Positions 45,174 to 56,375 of a stretch of DNA of 64,000 nucleotides are shown piece by piece. A model generated the notes under the pieces. It made no database searches and was not told the DNA's origin. It saw nothing but the letters and a program-made list of their open reading frames with translations. The number at the start of each line of letters is the position of its first letter. Position 1 is the first letter of the stretch. Both the position numbers and the translations under genes were made by a program. Source of the DNA: Oscillospiraceae bacterium (GTDB taxonomy: Bacteria > Bacillota > Clostridia > Oscillospirales > CAG-382); contig SVRD01000006.1 in the NCBI GenBank assembly GCA_015064955.1, forward strand, positions 40,714-104,713, given 5' to 3'.

Positions 45174-46052
45174 CTATTCGACGTTCTGTATCTGTTCGCG
45201 TATCTTTTCAACGTAGCTCTTGGCTTCGATAACAAGGCGTGCGATCTCGCCGTCGTTGCATTTGGAACCGATGGTGTTGACCTCACGGTTCATTTCCTGA
45301 ACAAGAAAATCAAGCTTGCGTCCGACGGGCACGGTTTCTTTCAGAATCGTTCTGAATTGAACGAAATGCGAATCGAGTCTGGCTAATTCCTCGCTTATAT
45401 CTGCCTTGTCAGCGAATACCGCACATTCGGTGAGAAGTCTCGATTCGTCATAGCTTGCGCCCTCGAGCAGCTCCTTAATGCGTGCTTTCATTTTTTCGTT
45501 GCTTTCCTTTACCGATTCGGGAGCACGAGCTGAAATCTTTTCACGGATTCCTTCGAGCACGACCAAATAGGATAAAAGATCTGCTTCGAGCTTTTCGCCC
45601 TCTGCTTCACGCATGGCGGTAAATCCGTCAAACGCTTTTTCCATAACAACTAAAAGCGCTTTTCCGGCAGCATCGGTGTCCTCTTCGGGACGGGTCGTTA
45701 CGAATACCTCGTTCCTGCCTGCGACCGTCTGAATGGTAACATCGCCGCCGAGCGAATAACGTTCCTTGATATCGCGTAAAAGGGAAACGTAGCTTTCGAG
45801 AAATTTTTCATTGACAGCGATTCCGTTGTCATCGCCTGCGATGTTGTCGATACTGATATAAATATCCATCTTACCGCGCGAAACGCGAGTGGATGCATAT
45901 TGCTTTACCTTGTCCTCGAGTGCGTTGTATAAACGTCCGAGCTTTATGTTGGTGTCGAGGTAGCGGCTGTTGACCGATTTGACCTCGCAAAGAATGTCGC
46001 GGCCGTCGATCACCTCGCGGTGACGTCCGTAGCCGGTCATGCTCTTTATCAT
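45174..46052 (-). CDS. yicC: YicC family stress-induced protein
   Basis: 292 aa. [11 protein letters not shown]-terminus and C-terminal REVNTIGSK. Confidence 0.85.
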   Translation of the reverse strand: MIKSMTGYGRHREVIDGRDILCEVKSVNSRYLDTNIKLGRLYNALEDKVKQYASTRVSRGKMDIYISIDNIAGDDNGIAVNEKFLESYVSLLRDIKERYSLGGDVTIQTVAGRNEVFVTTRPEEDTDAAGKALLVVMEKAFDGFTAMREAEGEKLEADLLSYLVVLEGIREKISARAPESVKESNEKMKARIKELLEGASYDESRLLTECAVFADKADISEELARLDSHFVQFRTILKETVPVGRKLDFLVQEMNREVNTIGSKCNDGEIARLVIEAKSYVEKIREQIQNVE

Positions 46053-46109
46053 ATAAGTCCTCCGAAAAAAATATCATATAATTATATCACGTGCATAACT
46101 TTTTGTCAA

Positions 46110-46625
46110 CTATCGCTTGCCGAAAAGCTTCGGTTTTATCCTGAAAACATAAAAATCCGCCAGCCTTTCGAGCGCGAAATCAAATACAACAAAGGTCACG
46201 TTGGACAATGCGTAGATCGCTAATCCGAAATTCAAAAATTCCTCCTCGATTCCCAATAAATTCGTGGCAACGTAAATCAAAGCAGTGAGGAAAATATTGA
46301 AGCAAATAATTCGTGCGGCGTAAGAAAGTGCCAACGGCTTTATTCTGTTCAGATAAAACTTGAGTATCGGGTAAAAACCCACAAACAAGGCAAAGACCGC
46401 CGCGGCGGTCTTATAGGGCAATAAAAGTATCGAAAGTATCGAGGCGACAGCATAAACACCCAAAGCCCAACCTTTCCCAAGCTCGATATATGCGATCATA
46501 ACGATAATACTACCGAGTGCGGCTGCGCTTAAATCAAGTGTCTGGAAAAATGAGCCTATCGCCAAAAATACGATACAGAGCGAGGCAAAAATGCCTGCAA
46601 ATGCAATTTTTCTGTTATTCTTCAT
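46110..46625 (-). CDS. hypothetical polytopic membrane protein
   Basis: 171 aa with about 5 predicted TM helices. I recognise no family. Confidence 0.55.
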   Translation of the reverse strand: MKNNRKIAFAGIFASLCIVFLAIGSFFQTLDLSAAALGSIIVMIAYIELGKGWALGVYAVASILSILLLPYKTAAAVFALFVGFYPILKFYLNRIKPLALSYAARIICFNIFLTALIYVATNLLGIEEEFLNFGLAIYALSNVTFVVFDFALERLADFYVFRIKPKLFGKR

Positions 46626-46631
46626 AGCTCA

Positions 46632-47258
46632 TCAACAGCAGGAAATGCAGTCGCCGCCCATACATTCGCAGCAGCAGTCGGCGCAAAGAAGACCGGTGCA
46701 AACGTCACAGCCCGAGCAACCGCCGGCGGTGTTCACGTTTCTGCCCGCATATGGACTTGAATAAGCACCGCTGCCCATTCTTTGCTGGAACGAGCGGTAT
46801 TCGCGGTTATAGGGATCCATTTGGCAGGCTGTGTTTATTTCGTTTCGTGCGTCCTGCAACCAGCCCTTGCGGTAAAATACAAGACTCATAAGAAAATGCC
46901 ATTCGGCGTTGCGCTCGGACATGCCGTTGAGCAATATCTCGGCTTCGTCAATGCGTCCCGAGCTGATAAGTCTGCGTATTCTTGTGAATCCGGTGTCGTT
47001 CTGGTTTGTGTTTGAGCGGTTTTGCTGTGAGTTGTTATAACCGTTCTGATTGTATCCGGCACTGCCGTTTGCTCGTTGGCTTTGTATCGTGTCGTATGCA
47101 TTGTTGATCTCCTTCATCTTTTCTGATGCGAGATCTTTAAGAGGGTTATCGGTGTAATTATCGGGATGATACTGCTTGGCGAGCTTTCTGTAAGCCTTTT
47201 TAATCTCTTCGTCAGATGCAGTTTCCGAAACACCAAGCACTTCATATGGGTTTTTCAT
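46632..47258 (-). CDS. J-domain protein with TPR-like middle region and Cys-rich tail
   Basis: The likely start is the ATG at 47258 ([10 protein letters not shown]), after an AGGAAG RBS. HPD motif in KQYHPDN. The C-terminus reads [30 protein letters not shown]. Confidence 0.75.
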   Translation of the reverse strand: MKNPYEVLGVSETASDEEIKKAYRKLAKQYHPDNYTDNPLKDLASEKMKEINNAYDTIQSQRANGSAGYNQNGYNNSQQNRSNTNQNDTGFTRIRRLISSGRIDEAEILLNGMSERNAEWHFLMSLVFYRKGWLQDARNEINTACQMDPYNREYRSFQQRMGSGAYSSPYAGRNVNTAGGCSGCDVCTGLLCADCCCECMGGDCISCC

Positions 47259-48111
47259 TTTTGGACTTCCTTTCAACGATTTTCATTACCGCGTTTCTTC
47301 CGCCCAGCTCGGTAATGTTGAAGATTATTCTGTCAATTCCGTTTAACGGCTCGTGAACAGCCAACGCATAGTAATTCGAAAATGCATTCAGACTGTCGTA
47401 TAGCGTTTCCGCGATCTCTTCCTTGTGACGCATTGCTTCTTCTGCGGTTCCATAGCGCGCAAGGAACGGGTTATAATTATCGCTTGCTTCATCTTGCTCG
47501 AGGTCATCGAGCGCGTCTATAATGTAAATATATCTGCCGATATGATAACCGCAATTTTCAGCTATTAGCTTTTTGTCGTCTTCGAGTCCGAAAGAAGAAA
47601 TGCCTTTCATCATTGTGGCAAATCCGTCAGCCGCTCTGTCAATGGATTGGATTTTTTCTTTTTCTATCAGTGCGGTTGCATTCAATCCGCTTGCGACAAT
47701 ATCCGAAAGTCCCTCGAATCTGTCAGAACGCTTTCTGATGTGTGAAAATATCGGTTTGATCAATTTTTTGATAAAACGTCTAAAACCTTTTTGGTCGTTG
47801 ATATCATCAATTAGTTTGCCGTAAGTAAGCAATCCGAATGCGGAGCACACGAACTCAAAACTGCCGTCGGCACAAACGCAATTCTTCTTTTTCAGTCTGT
47901 AAGGACAGCGCTTTTTCTGAACACAGACCGATTCGTCGGTAAGTGACATTCGCAATAATGCAAGCAAAACAAAGTCGTAATTCAAAAGCCATCTTGTCAA
48001 ATGCGAGATGTTTTTGCCGCCGTATCTGCAAAGTCCGCAATATACCGATGAATAAAACTCGCTATCCTTTACGTAAAGCTCGCTCTTCACGGGACGAATG
48101 TATCCAAACAT
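47242..48111 (-). CDS. DUF5685 family protein
   Basis: 289 aa. The N-terminus [16 protein letters not shown]...YCGLC matches my memory of DUF5685. Confidence 0.6.
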   Translation of the reverse strand: MFGYIRPVKSELYVKDSEFYSSVYCGLCRYGGKNISHLTRWLLNYDFVLLALLRMSLTDESVCVQKKRCPYRLKKKNCVCADGSFEFVCSAFGLLTYGKLIDDINDQKGFRRFIKKLIKPIFSHIRKRSDRFEGLSDIVASGLNATALIEKEKIQSIDRAADGFATMMKGISSFGLEDDKKLIAENCGYHIGRYIYIIDALDDLEQDEASDNYNPFLARYGTAEEAMRHKEEIAETLYDSLNAFSNYYALAVHEPLNGIDRIIFNITELGGRNAVMKIVERKSKNEKPI

Positions 48112-48314
48112 AGCTTCTCCAAGTCATAATAATACAAATACATTATATCATTTACTTTGCAAAAACACAAGTGGATAATATAAAAAGAAACGGTGAATTT
48201 TCGGTTACGAAATCTTTTTTTGACAAAAAAGAAAAAACAAAAAAGTAAAAAACGGAATCAGCGCGTATATGTTTTTGTATCGAAAGAATGCTTCGCTTTG
48301 AGGAGATATGTTTT

Positions 48315-49313
48315 ATGATCAAAAACAGCACTCTTGCTTATGAGGATGAGTTCCTTTGCGAAAGGGCATTTCACGTAAAGGATACTGCAGGCAGACTCCG
48401 TCCGGTTACCGAATGTCCCGTGCGCACCGAATTTCAGCGCGACCGCGACCGCATTATTCACTGCAAAAGCTTTCGCAGATTAATGCATAAAATGCAGGTG
48501 TTTCTCGCACCCGAGGGCGATCATTACCGCACCCGTCTTACCCATACTCTTGAGGTTGCGCAAATAGCAAGAACGATAGCTCGCGCCCTCCATTTGAACG
48601 AGGATCTCACCGAGGCGGCGGCGCTTGGGCACGATCTCGGACATACTCCCTTTGGCCATTCGGGCGAGCGCGCGCTCGATTATCTGCTTCCCGAGGGATT
48701 TCGTCACAACGAGCAAAGCCTGCGCGTTGTCGATTATCTCGAAAACGAGGGAGAGGGGCTGAATCTTACCTTTGAGGTCAGAGATGCGATTTTGTGCCAC
48801 ACCGGCGATGAACCCGCCTCAACACTTGAGGGAAGAATAATCAAGGTGGCAGACCGCATCGCTTATATAAATCACGATATTGACGACGCGGCACGTGCGG
48901 GTATACTGAATATTTCGGACATCCCAAAGGAAATAAGCGAGCTTCTCGGAAACACTCACGGTCAAAGAATCACATCGCTTGTCAGTGCGACGATTCAAAA
49001 CGGCATTGATAATGATATCGGACTGCTCGAGCCGTACGGCGACGCTATGAATAAGCTGCGCGATTTTATGTTTGAGCGTGTATACAGAAATCAAACCGCC
49101 AAAAGCGAGGACGGCAAGGTTGTAAATATGATAACCTTCCTCTATGAGCACTTTTCTGCTCACCCCGATTCTATTCCGAAAGAATATATGAAATACGCGG
49201 AACGCGACGGCATTTCTGTCATAACTGCCGATTTTATTGCGGGTATGACTGACAGATACGCTCTCGGCTGCTTTAACGAGCTTTTTGTGCCAAAGGTTTG
49301 GCAATATAAATAG
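48315..49313 (+). CDS. dGTP triphosphohydrolase-like HD-domain protein
   Basis: Starts at the ATG at 48315, after GAGGAG. Contains HTLEVAQIAR and GHDLGHTPFGH motifs. Confidence 0.8.
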   Translation: MIKNSTLAYEDEFLCERAFHVKDTAGRLRPVTECPVRTEFQRDRDRIIHCKSFRRLMHKMQVFLAPEGDHYRTRLTHTLEVAQIARTIARALHLNEDLTEAAALGHDLGHTPFGHSGERALDYLLPEGFRHNEQSLRVVDYLENEGEGLNLTFEVRDAILCHTGDEPASTLEGRIIKVADRIAYINHDIDDAARAGILNISDIPKEISELLGNTHGQRITSLVSATIQNGIDNDIGLLEPYGDAMNKLRDFMFERVYRNQTAKSEDGKVVNMITFLYEHFSAHPDSIPKEYMKYAERDGISVITADFIAGMTDRYALGCFNELFVPKVWQYK

Positions 49314-49356
49314 ACTGATTTATAGTATATTATGTAAACTGCGAAAGGAGGACGGT

Positions 49357-51171
49357 ATGGCTTTCACACGTGAATTTCTCGAAGAATTGAAAATGAGAAA
49401 CAACATAGAAGAAGTTATCGGACGTGTAGTGCATTTGAAAAGAGCGGGAAGTAACCTTGTCGGAAATTGCCCATTCCATAGCGAAAGAACACCGTCTTTC
49501 ACGGTTTTCCCTTCGACATCGAGTTATTATTGCTTCGGATGCGGCGCAGGGGGAGACGTTGTCACCTTCGTTATGCAGACCGAAAACATCGAGTACAGAG
49601 AAGCGATCGAATTTCTTGCAAAGCGTGCGGGAATCAAGGTTGAGGATGATTATGTAAACCACAGATCGCAAGAGCCTGCAGTTAAGCGTGACAGACTTCT
49701 TGAACTGAACCGCGAAGCTGCAAGATTCTTTTATAAATCACTTTTAGATCCGATCGGCGCCAATGCAAGAGCATATCTCGAAAAGCGTCAATTCAGTTCG
49801 ACTACAGTTAAGAGATTCGGGATAGGTTACGCTCCCGATTCACTGTTCGGACAAGCTCCGCTTTGCGATCATCTCATTTCCAAAGGATTCAATGCCTTGG
49901 AAATCAAAACCGCATTTCTCGGCGGGGAGAGCAAAAAGAGCGGCAGACTTTACGATATGTTCCGAAACAGAATAATGTTTCCTGTGTTTGACGTAAACGG
50001 CGAGGTCGTTGCGTTCAGCGGCAGACGTCTGAATGAAAATGATGAACGAAAGTATGTTAATACCTCGGATACCCCAGTGTTCAAAAAGTCGAGAATACTG
50101 TTTGGATTGAACTTTGCAAAAAACAGCGAATCGGGAAAGCTTATTTTGTGTGAAGGTGCTCCCGATGCGATCGCGATGCACCAAGCGGGCTTTGATAACG
50201 CTATCGCAACACTCGGAACGGCGATAACCTCCGAGCACGCCCGCATAATCGCGCGTTATTGCAGAACGGTATATCTCGCATACGATATCGATAAAGCGGG
50301 TCGTAAGGCAACGTTAAAGGGTATTGAGCTTTTGAATCAGGTCGGTGTAGACACCAAAATATTGAACCTTGGCAGCGAAGCAAAGGACCCCGACGAATAT
50401 ATTAAAAAATTCGGTGCTGAGTCGTTCAAAGCAAAGCTTACCGGTTCTTCCGGTCAAATCGATTACAGAATCGATGAAATAATTTCACGCCACGATATCA
50501 CGGTCGCCGAGGAAAAGCTTCGCGCCGTTTCGGAGATCACCGACTTTATATCCGAGTTTTCTTCAAGACCCGAGCGTGAGGTTTACGCATCGAGAGCCGC
50601 AGAAAAGCTCGGCTTGACATTTGAATCTATTCGCACCGAGGTCGAGCGTAAGGCAAAACGGCAGGAGAGCAAGGCGAAAAAGGCTGTCGTTAATAATGCT
50701 CTGCGTGAACAAAGCGGTTTTGGTGGAGGGGCAAATGCCGATAAGCTCAGATTTTCATCCGAGGCCTCGCACGAGGAAGCGATACTCGGCTTGATACTGA
50801 TACGCTCGGATTTCGGTCCGATCGCTGTCAAAGAGCTTACCGAGGATGATTTTGCTACCGCCTTGAATAAAAAAATATTTAATCTGTTCAAGGATGATTT
50901 TTCCGAAGGACGCGAAATCGTTCTTTCGAAGGACGGCGTGCTTTCGGCAAAGGAGATCGGCGCTTTTGAAAATTGCCGTGCATCACGTCTTGCGTTGGGT
51001 GATATAACCGTTTCTGCCTTAAAATCACATATTTCGGCACTTAAATCGCTCAGAGAACGAAACGAATATGATAAAAAAATCGAAGCGGATCCCGCAAACG
51101 CATTGAATGAATACCTTAATAAGTTGAAAAAGAAAAAGTCTAACATACAGGAGGACGATAATAATGGATAA
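49357..51171 (+). CDS. dnaG: DNA primase
   Basis: Starts at the ATG at 49357, after AAAGGAGG. Zinc finger [13 protein letters not shown]...CFGCGAGG and a Toprim region EGAPDAIA...DID. Confidence 0.9.
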   Translation: MAFTREFLEELKMRNNIEEVIGRVVHLKRAGSNLVGNCPFHSERTPSFTVFPSTSSYYCFGCGAGGDVVTFVMQTENIEYREAIEFLAKRAGIKVEDDYVNHRSQEPAVKRDRLLELNREAARFFYKSLLDPIGANARAYLEKRQFSSTTVKRFGIGYAPDSLFGQAPLCDHLISKGFNALEIKTAFLGGESKKSGRLYDMFRNRIMFPVFDVNGEVVAFSGRRLNENDERKYVNTSDTPVFKKSRILFGLNFAKNSESGKLILCEGAPDAIAMHQAGFDNAIATLGTAITSEHARIIARYCRTVYLAYDIDKAGRKATLKGIELLNQVGVDTKILNLGSEAKDPDEYIKKFGAESFKAKLTGSSGQIDYRIDEIISRHDITVAEEKLRAVSEITDFISEFSSRPEREVYASRAAEKLGLTFESIRTEVERKAKRQESKAKKAVVNNALREQSGFGGGANADKLRFSSEASHEEAILGLILIRSDFGPIAVKELTEDDFATALNKKIFNLFKDDFSEGREIVLSKDGVLSAKEIGAFENCRASRLALGDITVSALKSHISALKSLRERNEYDKKIEADPANALNEYLNKLKKKKSNIQEDDNNG

Positions 51172-52267
51172 AGATTTGTCTGCCTTTACCCCCGAGCAGA
51201 TCGAAGCTGCAAAGGCTAAAGGCTCTATCAAGGTAACAGAGGTACTTGATGCTCTTTCGGATACCGACGTAAGCCTTGAAAAGTTTGAAAAAGCAATCGA
51301 AGCTCTCGAACGCAACGGAATCGAGATTTCGGGCGCGCAGATCGAGGCTGTTTTCGATATTTCAGAAGAGGATATCGATAACGAGGATTTCGAGGAAACC
51401 CCCGAGGACGTCGACAATCTTCTCACACAAGAGGGTGTTTCTACCGACGACCCCGTCAGAATGTATCTTAAAGAAATCGGCAAAGTGCCTCTTCTTTCCG
51501 CGGAAAAGGAGCTCGAGCTCGCAAACCGTATGTCACATGGCGATCTTGCCGCAAAACAGCAGCTTGTCGAAGCAAACCTTCGTCTTGTTGTAAGTATTGC
51601 AAAACGCTATGTTAACCGCGGTATGTTTTTCCTTGATCTTATTCAGGAGGGTAACCTCGGTCTAATGAAGGCTGCAGAAAAGTTCGACTACGGCAAGGGC
51701 TTTAAGTTCTCGACCTATGCGACATGGTGGATAAGACAGGCTATAACCCGCGCTATCGCAGATCAGGCAAGAACTATCAGAATTCCCGTGCATATGGTTG
51801 AAACGATCAATAAAGTTTTGCGTGTTTCGCGTCAGCTTCTTCAGGAAAAGGGAAGAGATCCGCTTGACGAGGAGATAGCAAAGGAAATGGATATGCCCGT
51901 CGATAAGGTGCGCGATATTCTGAAAATCGCACAAGAACCCGTTTCTCTTGAAATGCCTATCGGTGAAGAAGAGGATTCGCATCTCGGCGACTTTATCGCA
52001 GATGATAATACTCCCGCACCTGCGGATGCGGCATCGTATCAAATGCTCCGCGAGCATCTTTTAGAAGTTCTTCACACCCTCACCCCGCGCGAAGAAGCTG
52101 TTCTCAAGCTCCGTTTCGGTCTCGAGGACGGACGTCCCCGCACACTCGAGGAGGTGGGAAAGGTATTTGACATCACGCGTGAGCGTATCCGTCAGATAGA
52201 AGCAAAAGCGCTTCGCAAGCTTCGTCATCCGAGCAGATCCAAAAAGCTCAAGGACTATCTTGAATAG
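51164..52267 (+). CDS. rpoD: RNA polymerase primary sigma factor
   Basis: 367 aa. Region 2.4 [12 protein letters not shown] and region 4 [20 protein letters not shown]. Overlaps the dnaG stop. Confidence 0.95.
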   Translation: MDKDLSAFTPEQIEAAKAKGSIKVTEVLDALSDTDVSLEKFEKAIEALERNGIEISGAQIEAVFDISEEDIDNEDFEETPEDVDNLLTQEGVSTDDPVRMYLKEIGKVPLLSAEKELELANRMSHGDLAAKQQLVEANLRLVVSIAKRYVNRGMFFLDLIQEGNLGLMKAAEKFDYGKGFKFSTYATWWIRQAITRAIADQARTIRIPVHMVETINKVLRVSRQLLQEKGRDPLDEEIAKEMDMPVDKVRDILKIAQEPVSLEMPIGEEEDSHLGDFIADDNTPAPADAASYQMLREHLLEVLHTLTPREEAVLKLRFGLEDGRPRTLEEVGKVFDITRERIRQIEAKALRKLRHPSRSKKLKDYLE

Positions 52268-52290
52268 GAAATATCAGAAAGGCATATACA

Positions 52291-53304
52291 ATGAAAGCAC
52301 AGCTTGAATCAATAAGAACCACCGCTGTGGCGGAAATTGCCGCGGCGGAAACCTCGCTTGAGGAAATCAGAATTAAATATCTTGGCAAAAAAGGCGCTCT
52401 TACCGCAATTTTAAGAGGTATGGGCTCGCTCACTCCCGAAGAAAGACCTGTAATCGGTGCGGTTGCCAACGAAGTCAGAAATTGTATCGAGGAAGCACTC
52501 GAGATTCGCGGTGCCGAGCTCAAAAAACAGGCTTTGGCTCGCAGTCTTGCAGAGGAAAAGCTCGACGTTACATATAACGCGGTCCCCTCTACCGCGGGCC
52601 ATATTCATCCGATCACACGCGCACTCGAGCGTATGACCGAAATTTTTATAGATATGGGATTTTCGGTTGCCGAAGGGCCCGAGGTTGAAACCGTCGGTAA
52701 CAATTTCGATGCTCTCAATGCGCCTGCCGATCACCCCTCGCGTGATTTTCAGGATACCTTTTATATCACCGAAAATACTCTTCTCCGTACCCAGACCTCA
52801 CCTGTTCAGATCCGTGCGATGCGCGGCATGACTCCTCCTATCAGAATTATTTCTCCGGGCAGAGTTTACAGAAGCGACGTAGCAGATGCTTCGCATTCGC
52901 CTATGTTCCATCAGCTCGAGGGTCTTGTTGTCGATAAGGGTATCACTATGGGCGACCTCAAGGGTATACTTTCGCAGTTCGCAAAAACAATGTTCGGACC
53001 CGAAACAAAAACCCGCTTCCGTCCCCACAATTTCCCGTTTACCGAACCCTCTGCCGAGGTTGACGTATCCTGCTTCGTTTGCGGCGGCAAGGGATGCCGT
53101 CTTTGCAAGGGCGAGGGCTGGATGGAAATTCTCGGCTCTGGTATGGTTCATCCCGAGGTTCTCAAAGCCGGCGGTATAGACCCCGAGGTTTATACAGGCT
53201 TTGCGTTCGGTATGGGTGTTGAACGTGTTGCAATGGTTATGTCCGGCATCGACGACCTTCGTTTGCTTTACGAAAACGATGCGCGCTTCCTTAAACAGTT
53301 CTGA
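52291..53304 (+). CDS. pheS: phenylalanine--tRNA ligase alpha subunit
   Basis: 337 aa with class II motifs (FRPHNFPFTEPS, GFAFGMGVERV). Confidence 0.95.
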   Translation: MKAQLESIRTTAVAEIAAAETSLEEIRIKYLGKKGALTAILRGMGSLTPEERPVIGAVANEVRNCIEEALEIRGAELKKQALARSLAEEKLDVTYNAVPSTAGHIHPITRALERMTEIFIDMGFSVAEGPEVETVGNNFDALNAPADHPSRDFQDTFYITENTLLRTQTSPVQIRAMRGMTPPIRIISPGRVYRSDVADASHSPMFHQLEGLVVDKGITMGDLKGILSQFAKTMFGPETKTRFRPHNFPFTEPSAEVDVSCFVCGGKGCRLCKGEGWMEILGSGMVHPEVLKAGGIDPEVYTGFAFGMGVERVAMVMSGIDDLRLLYENDARFLKQF

Positions 53305-53324
53305 TCTACGGGAGGTAAATTAAA

Positions 53325-55706
53325 ATGGAAGTATCACTTAATTGGCTTAAAGATTATGTAAACATACCTGAAGATATCAAAACCTTCTGCGACGCTATGA
53401 CCATGACCGGTACAAAGGTTGAGGGTTATAAGGTTCTCGGTGACGATATCTCGAATGTTGTGGTTGGTAAAATTATGTCAACCGAACCTCACCCCGATTC
53501 CGATCACTTGATCATCTGTCAAGTAAACGTCGGCAGAGAAGAAAATCTTCAGATCGTAACCGGCGCTCAGAACATCAAGGCGGGTGACGTGGTTCCCGTT
53601 TGTCTCGACGGAGCAAAGCTTCCCGGCGGCAAAACTATTAAAAACGGTAAGCTCCGCGGAGTAGTTTCACAGGGTATGCTTTGCTCGCTTTCCGAGCTTG
53701 GTCTCTCTGTAAACGATTTTCCCTATGCTATCGAGGACGGCATTTTCGTTCTCGAAGAAGAATGTGAGCTTGGCGATGATATCCGTGACGTTTGTAAAAT
53801 TAACGATACCGTTGTTGAATTCGAGCTTACCTTCAATCGCCCCGACTGCCTATCTTATATAGGCATCGCACGAGAGGCTGCCGCTACGTTCGGGGAAAAA
53901 GCAAATATTCCCACTCCGGTTGTTGCAGAGGTTGACGGTGAAATGGCAACCGACTATATTAATGTGAACGTTCACAATACCGAACTTTGCCCCCGCTATA
54001 CAGCAAGAGTTGTCAAGAACGTAAAAATCGGACCTTCTCCTCTCTGGCTCCGTGCGAAGCTTCGCGCTGCAGGTGTAAGACCTATCAATAACATCGTTGA
54101 TATTACAAACTACGTTATGCTTGAATACGGTCAGCCGATGCACGCATTCGACTATGAATATATCAAGAGCCGCGAAATCAATGTTCGTAATGCAAACGAG
54201 GGCGAGGAAATCGTTACTCTCGACGGTGTAACAAGAAAGCTCACTCCCGAAATGCTCGTTATCGCCGACGGCTCCCGCGCTGTTGCGCTTGCCGGTGTAA
54301 TGGGCGGTGAAAACAGCGAAATTACTGATAACACGACTACCGTTGTATTCGAAAGTGCGAACTTTGCGCGCGAAAGCATTCGTAAGACATCTAAAGCAGT
54401 CGGCTTGCGTACCGAAAGCTCGGCAAAGTTTGAAAAGGGCTTGCCCGCTGTTAATACCTTGCCCGCAGTTGACCGCGCTTGCGAGCTTGTAAATATACTT
54501 GATTGCGGCGATGTTGTTGAAGGAATTATTGATATCAACAACGCCGATATTTCCGAGCGTGTCGTTTCGTATGACCGCGCAAGGATCAATGCACTTCTCG
54601 GTACGAATATTTCGGATGACGAAATGGATAAGATACTTGCTTCCGTCGAGCTTGTTTCCGATGGCAAGGGCGGACTTATCGTTCCTCCTTACAGAAACGA
54701 TATCATCAATACCGCGGATATCGCCGAGGAAGTAGTCAGACTTTACGGCTTTGATAATATCGAGCCCACCATGTTCAAGGGTGCGGCAGATCTTGGCGGC
54801 AGAACCGAGCACGAAGCTTTCAGATACCGTATCGATGACGTTATGGCAGGCTTGGGTTATTGCGAAACCTGCACTTATTCCTTTGTTTCTCCCAAATCAC
54901 TCGATAGGATCAATATTCCTGCGGATAGCGAATTGCGCGACTTTATCCGTCTTATCAATCCGCTTGGCGAGGATACGTCGGTAATGCGTACCCACCCGCT
55001 TCCTTCGATGCTCGAGGTTCTCGAAAGAAACGTTAACCGCAAGGTTGAAAAGTGCCGTATGTTTGAAATTATGACGCTTTACTTCCGCGACGGCGATCTA
55101 TCCGACGAAACAAAATCGCTTTGCTTCGCATTCACTCCCGATTGCGGCGGCTTCTATGAGCTCAAGGCTGACGCCGAAGCACTTTTCGTTCGCTTGAATA
55201 TCAATGCGAGAGAATACGTTGCTATATCCGACGATCCCTCCTTCCACCCCGGAAGATGTGCGGAAATCAGAGTCGGTGGAAACGTTATCGGTAAGATAGG
55301 CGAGGTTCATCCCGTCGTTTGCGAAAACTACGATCTTCCCAGAGGAGTTTGCGCTGCGATCATTTCAACAGAGCTTCTTCTCGATTCCGTCAAGAATGAA
55401 CGCGGCTACATTCCGTTGCCCGTATATCCTGCTATGGAAAGAGATCTTGCACTCATTTGCGATAAGGATCACGAGGTCGGTAAGCTTATTTCTGATATCA
55501 AGTCCTATGCCGGAAAATCGCTCGAGGATGCATTTGTCTTCGACGTTTATCGCGGCAAGGGTGTCGAGGACGGCAAGAAGAGCGTTGCAGTGCGCTTGGT
55601 ATTCCGCCTTGCCGATAAGACTATGACCGACGAAGAAGCCGATGCAGGTGTAAAGAAGATTCTCAAGAAGCTCGATAAAGAACAGGGAATAGTTCTTCGT
55701 ACTTAA
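53325..55706 (+). CDS. pheT: phenylalanine--tRNA ligase beta subunit
   Basis: 793 aa. N-terminal tRNA-binding domain, B3/4 and B5 regions, and a C-terminal FDX-ACB-like domain. Confidence 0.95.
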   Translation: MEVSLNWLKDYVNIPEDIKTFCDAMTMTGTKVEGYKVLGDDISNVVVGKIMSTEPHPDSDHLIICQVNVGREENLQIVTGAQNIKAGDVVPVCLDGAKLPGGKTIKNGKLRGVVSQGMLCSLSELGLSVNDFPYAIEDGIFVLEEECELGDDIRDVCKINDTVVEFELTFNRPDCLSYIGIAREAAATFGEKANIPTPVVAEVDGEMATDYINVNVHNTELCPRYTARVVKNVKIGPSPLWLRAKLRAAGVRPINNIVDITNYVMLEYGQPMHAFDYEYIKSREINVRNANEGEEIVTLDGVTRKLTPEMLVIADGSRAVALAGVMGGENSEITDNTTTVVFESANFARESIRKTSKAVGLRTESSAKFEKGLPAVNTLPAVDRACELVNILDCGDVVEGIIDINNADISERVVSYDRARINALLGTNISDDEMDKILASVELVSDGKGGLIVPPYRNDIINTADIAEEVVRLYGFDNIEPTMFKGAADLGGRTEHEAFRYRIDDVMAGLGYCETCTYSFVSPKSLDRINIPADSELRDFIRLINPLGEDTSVMRTHPLPSMLEVLERNVNRKVEKCRMFEIMTLYFRDGDLSDETKSLCFAFTPDCGGFYELKADAEALFVRLNINAREYVAISDDPSFHPGRCAEIRVGGNVIGKIGEVHPVVCENYDLPRGVCAAIISTELLLDSVKNERGYIPLPVYPAMERDLALICDKDHEVGKLISDIKSYAGKSLEDAFVFDVYRGKGVEDGKKSVAVRLVFRLADKTMTDEEADAGVKKILKKLDKEQGIVLRT

Positions 55707-55719
55707 TTTCAAAAAAGAC

Positions 55720-55748
55720 TTGCAAAGAACACAAGTTTGTTGTATAAT
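55720..55748 (+). promoter_or_regulatory. promoter of ireB
   Basis: TTGCAA (55720-55725), 17-nt spacer, TATAAT (55743-55748). Confidence 0.65.
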
Positions 55749-55790
55749 AACTTATAACAATGTTTTTATCTCGATCAAGGAGGGTTGAAA

Positions 55791-56084
55791 ATGCAGGAAA
55801 AGAATCAAAAAGCGGTCGATAACAAACAAAAGACTTTGATGTTTCCTATCAAGGAGCAGCACAAGGAAGCCTTGCGCGAGAAGCTGCAAAGCGTTTATGA
55901 TTCGCTTGTAGAAAAGGGATATAACCCCATCAATCAGATCGTAGGTTATATAATTTCCGAGGATCCCACTTATATCACCAACTACAATAACTCCCGTGCG
56001 ATCATCTCCAAGATCGACCGTGATGAATTACTTCGTACTCTTATCGAAGATTTCATTAATACGGACGGTAAGAAGAAAGGTTGA
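55791..56084 (+). CDS. ireB: IreB family regulatory phosphoprotein (UPF0297)
   Basis: ATG at 55791, 7 nt after GGAGGG. YNPINQIVGYIISEDPTYIT is typical of UPF0297. Confidence 0.8.
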   Translation: MQEKNQKAVDNKQKTLMFPIKEQHKEALREKLQSVYDSLVEKGYNPINQIVGYIISEDPTYITNYNNSRAIISKIDRDELLRTLIEDFINTDGKKKG

Positions 56085-56371
56085 TTTCCCGAATGAAGAC
56101 TCTTATGTATAAAGGCAAGCCTCTTGTGCGCCAGGGCAGGTTCGTGTTTTACGGCAATCCCGATGATAAGTTTATTCTCTTTATGAATATTCTTGATGCA
56201 AAGAAGGTTGGCGACATCGAAATCGCCACAAAGGTGCTTGTTCAAATTCAAAACACCGATGACGATATTTCCTTCAACGAAAAGGTTGTCAAGCAATGCG
56301 AAAAGAAAAACTTTTACGATGCTTTCGAAATCGGTACTATCTGGCTTGAAAGAGCGCTCAAACAAAAATAA
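56081..56371 (+). CDS. hypothetical protein
   Basis: 96 aa. The TTG at 56081 overlaps the ireB stop; an alternative ATG lies at 56093. I recognise no family. Confidence 0.45.
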   Translation: MISRMKTLMYKGKPLVRQGRFVFYGNPDDKFILFMNILDAKKVGDIEIATKVLVQIQNTDDDISFNEKVVKQCEKKNFYDAFEIGTIWLERALKQK

Positions 56372-56375
56372 GTTA

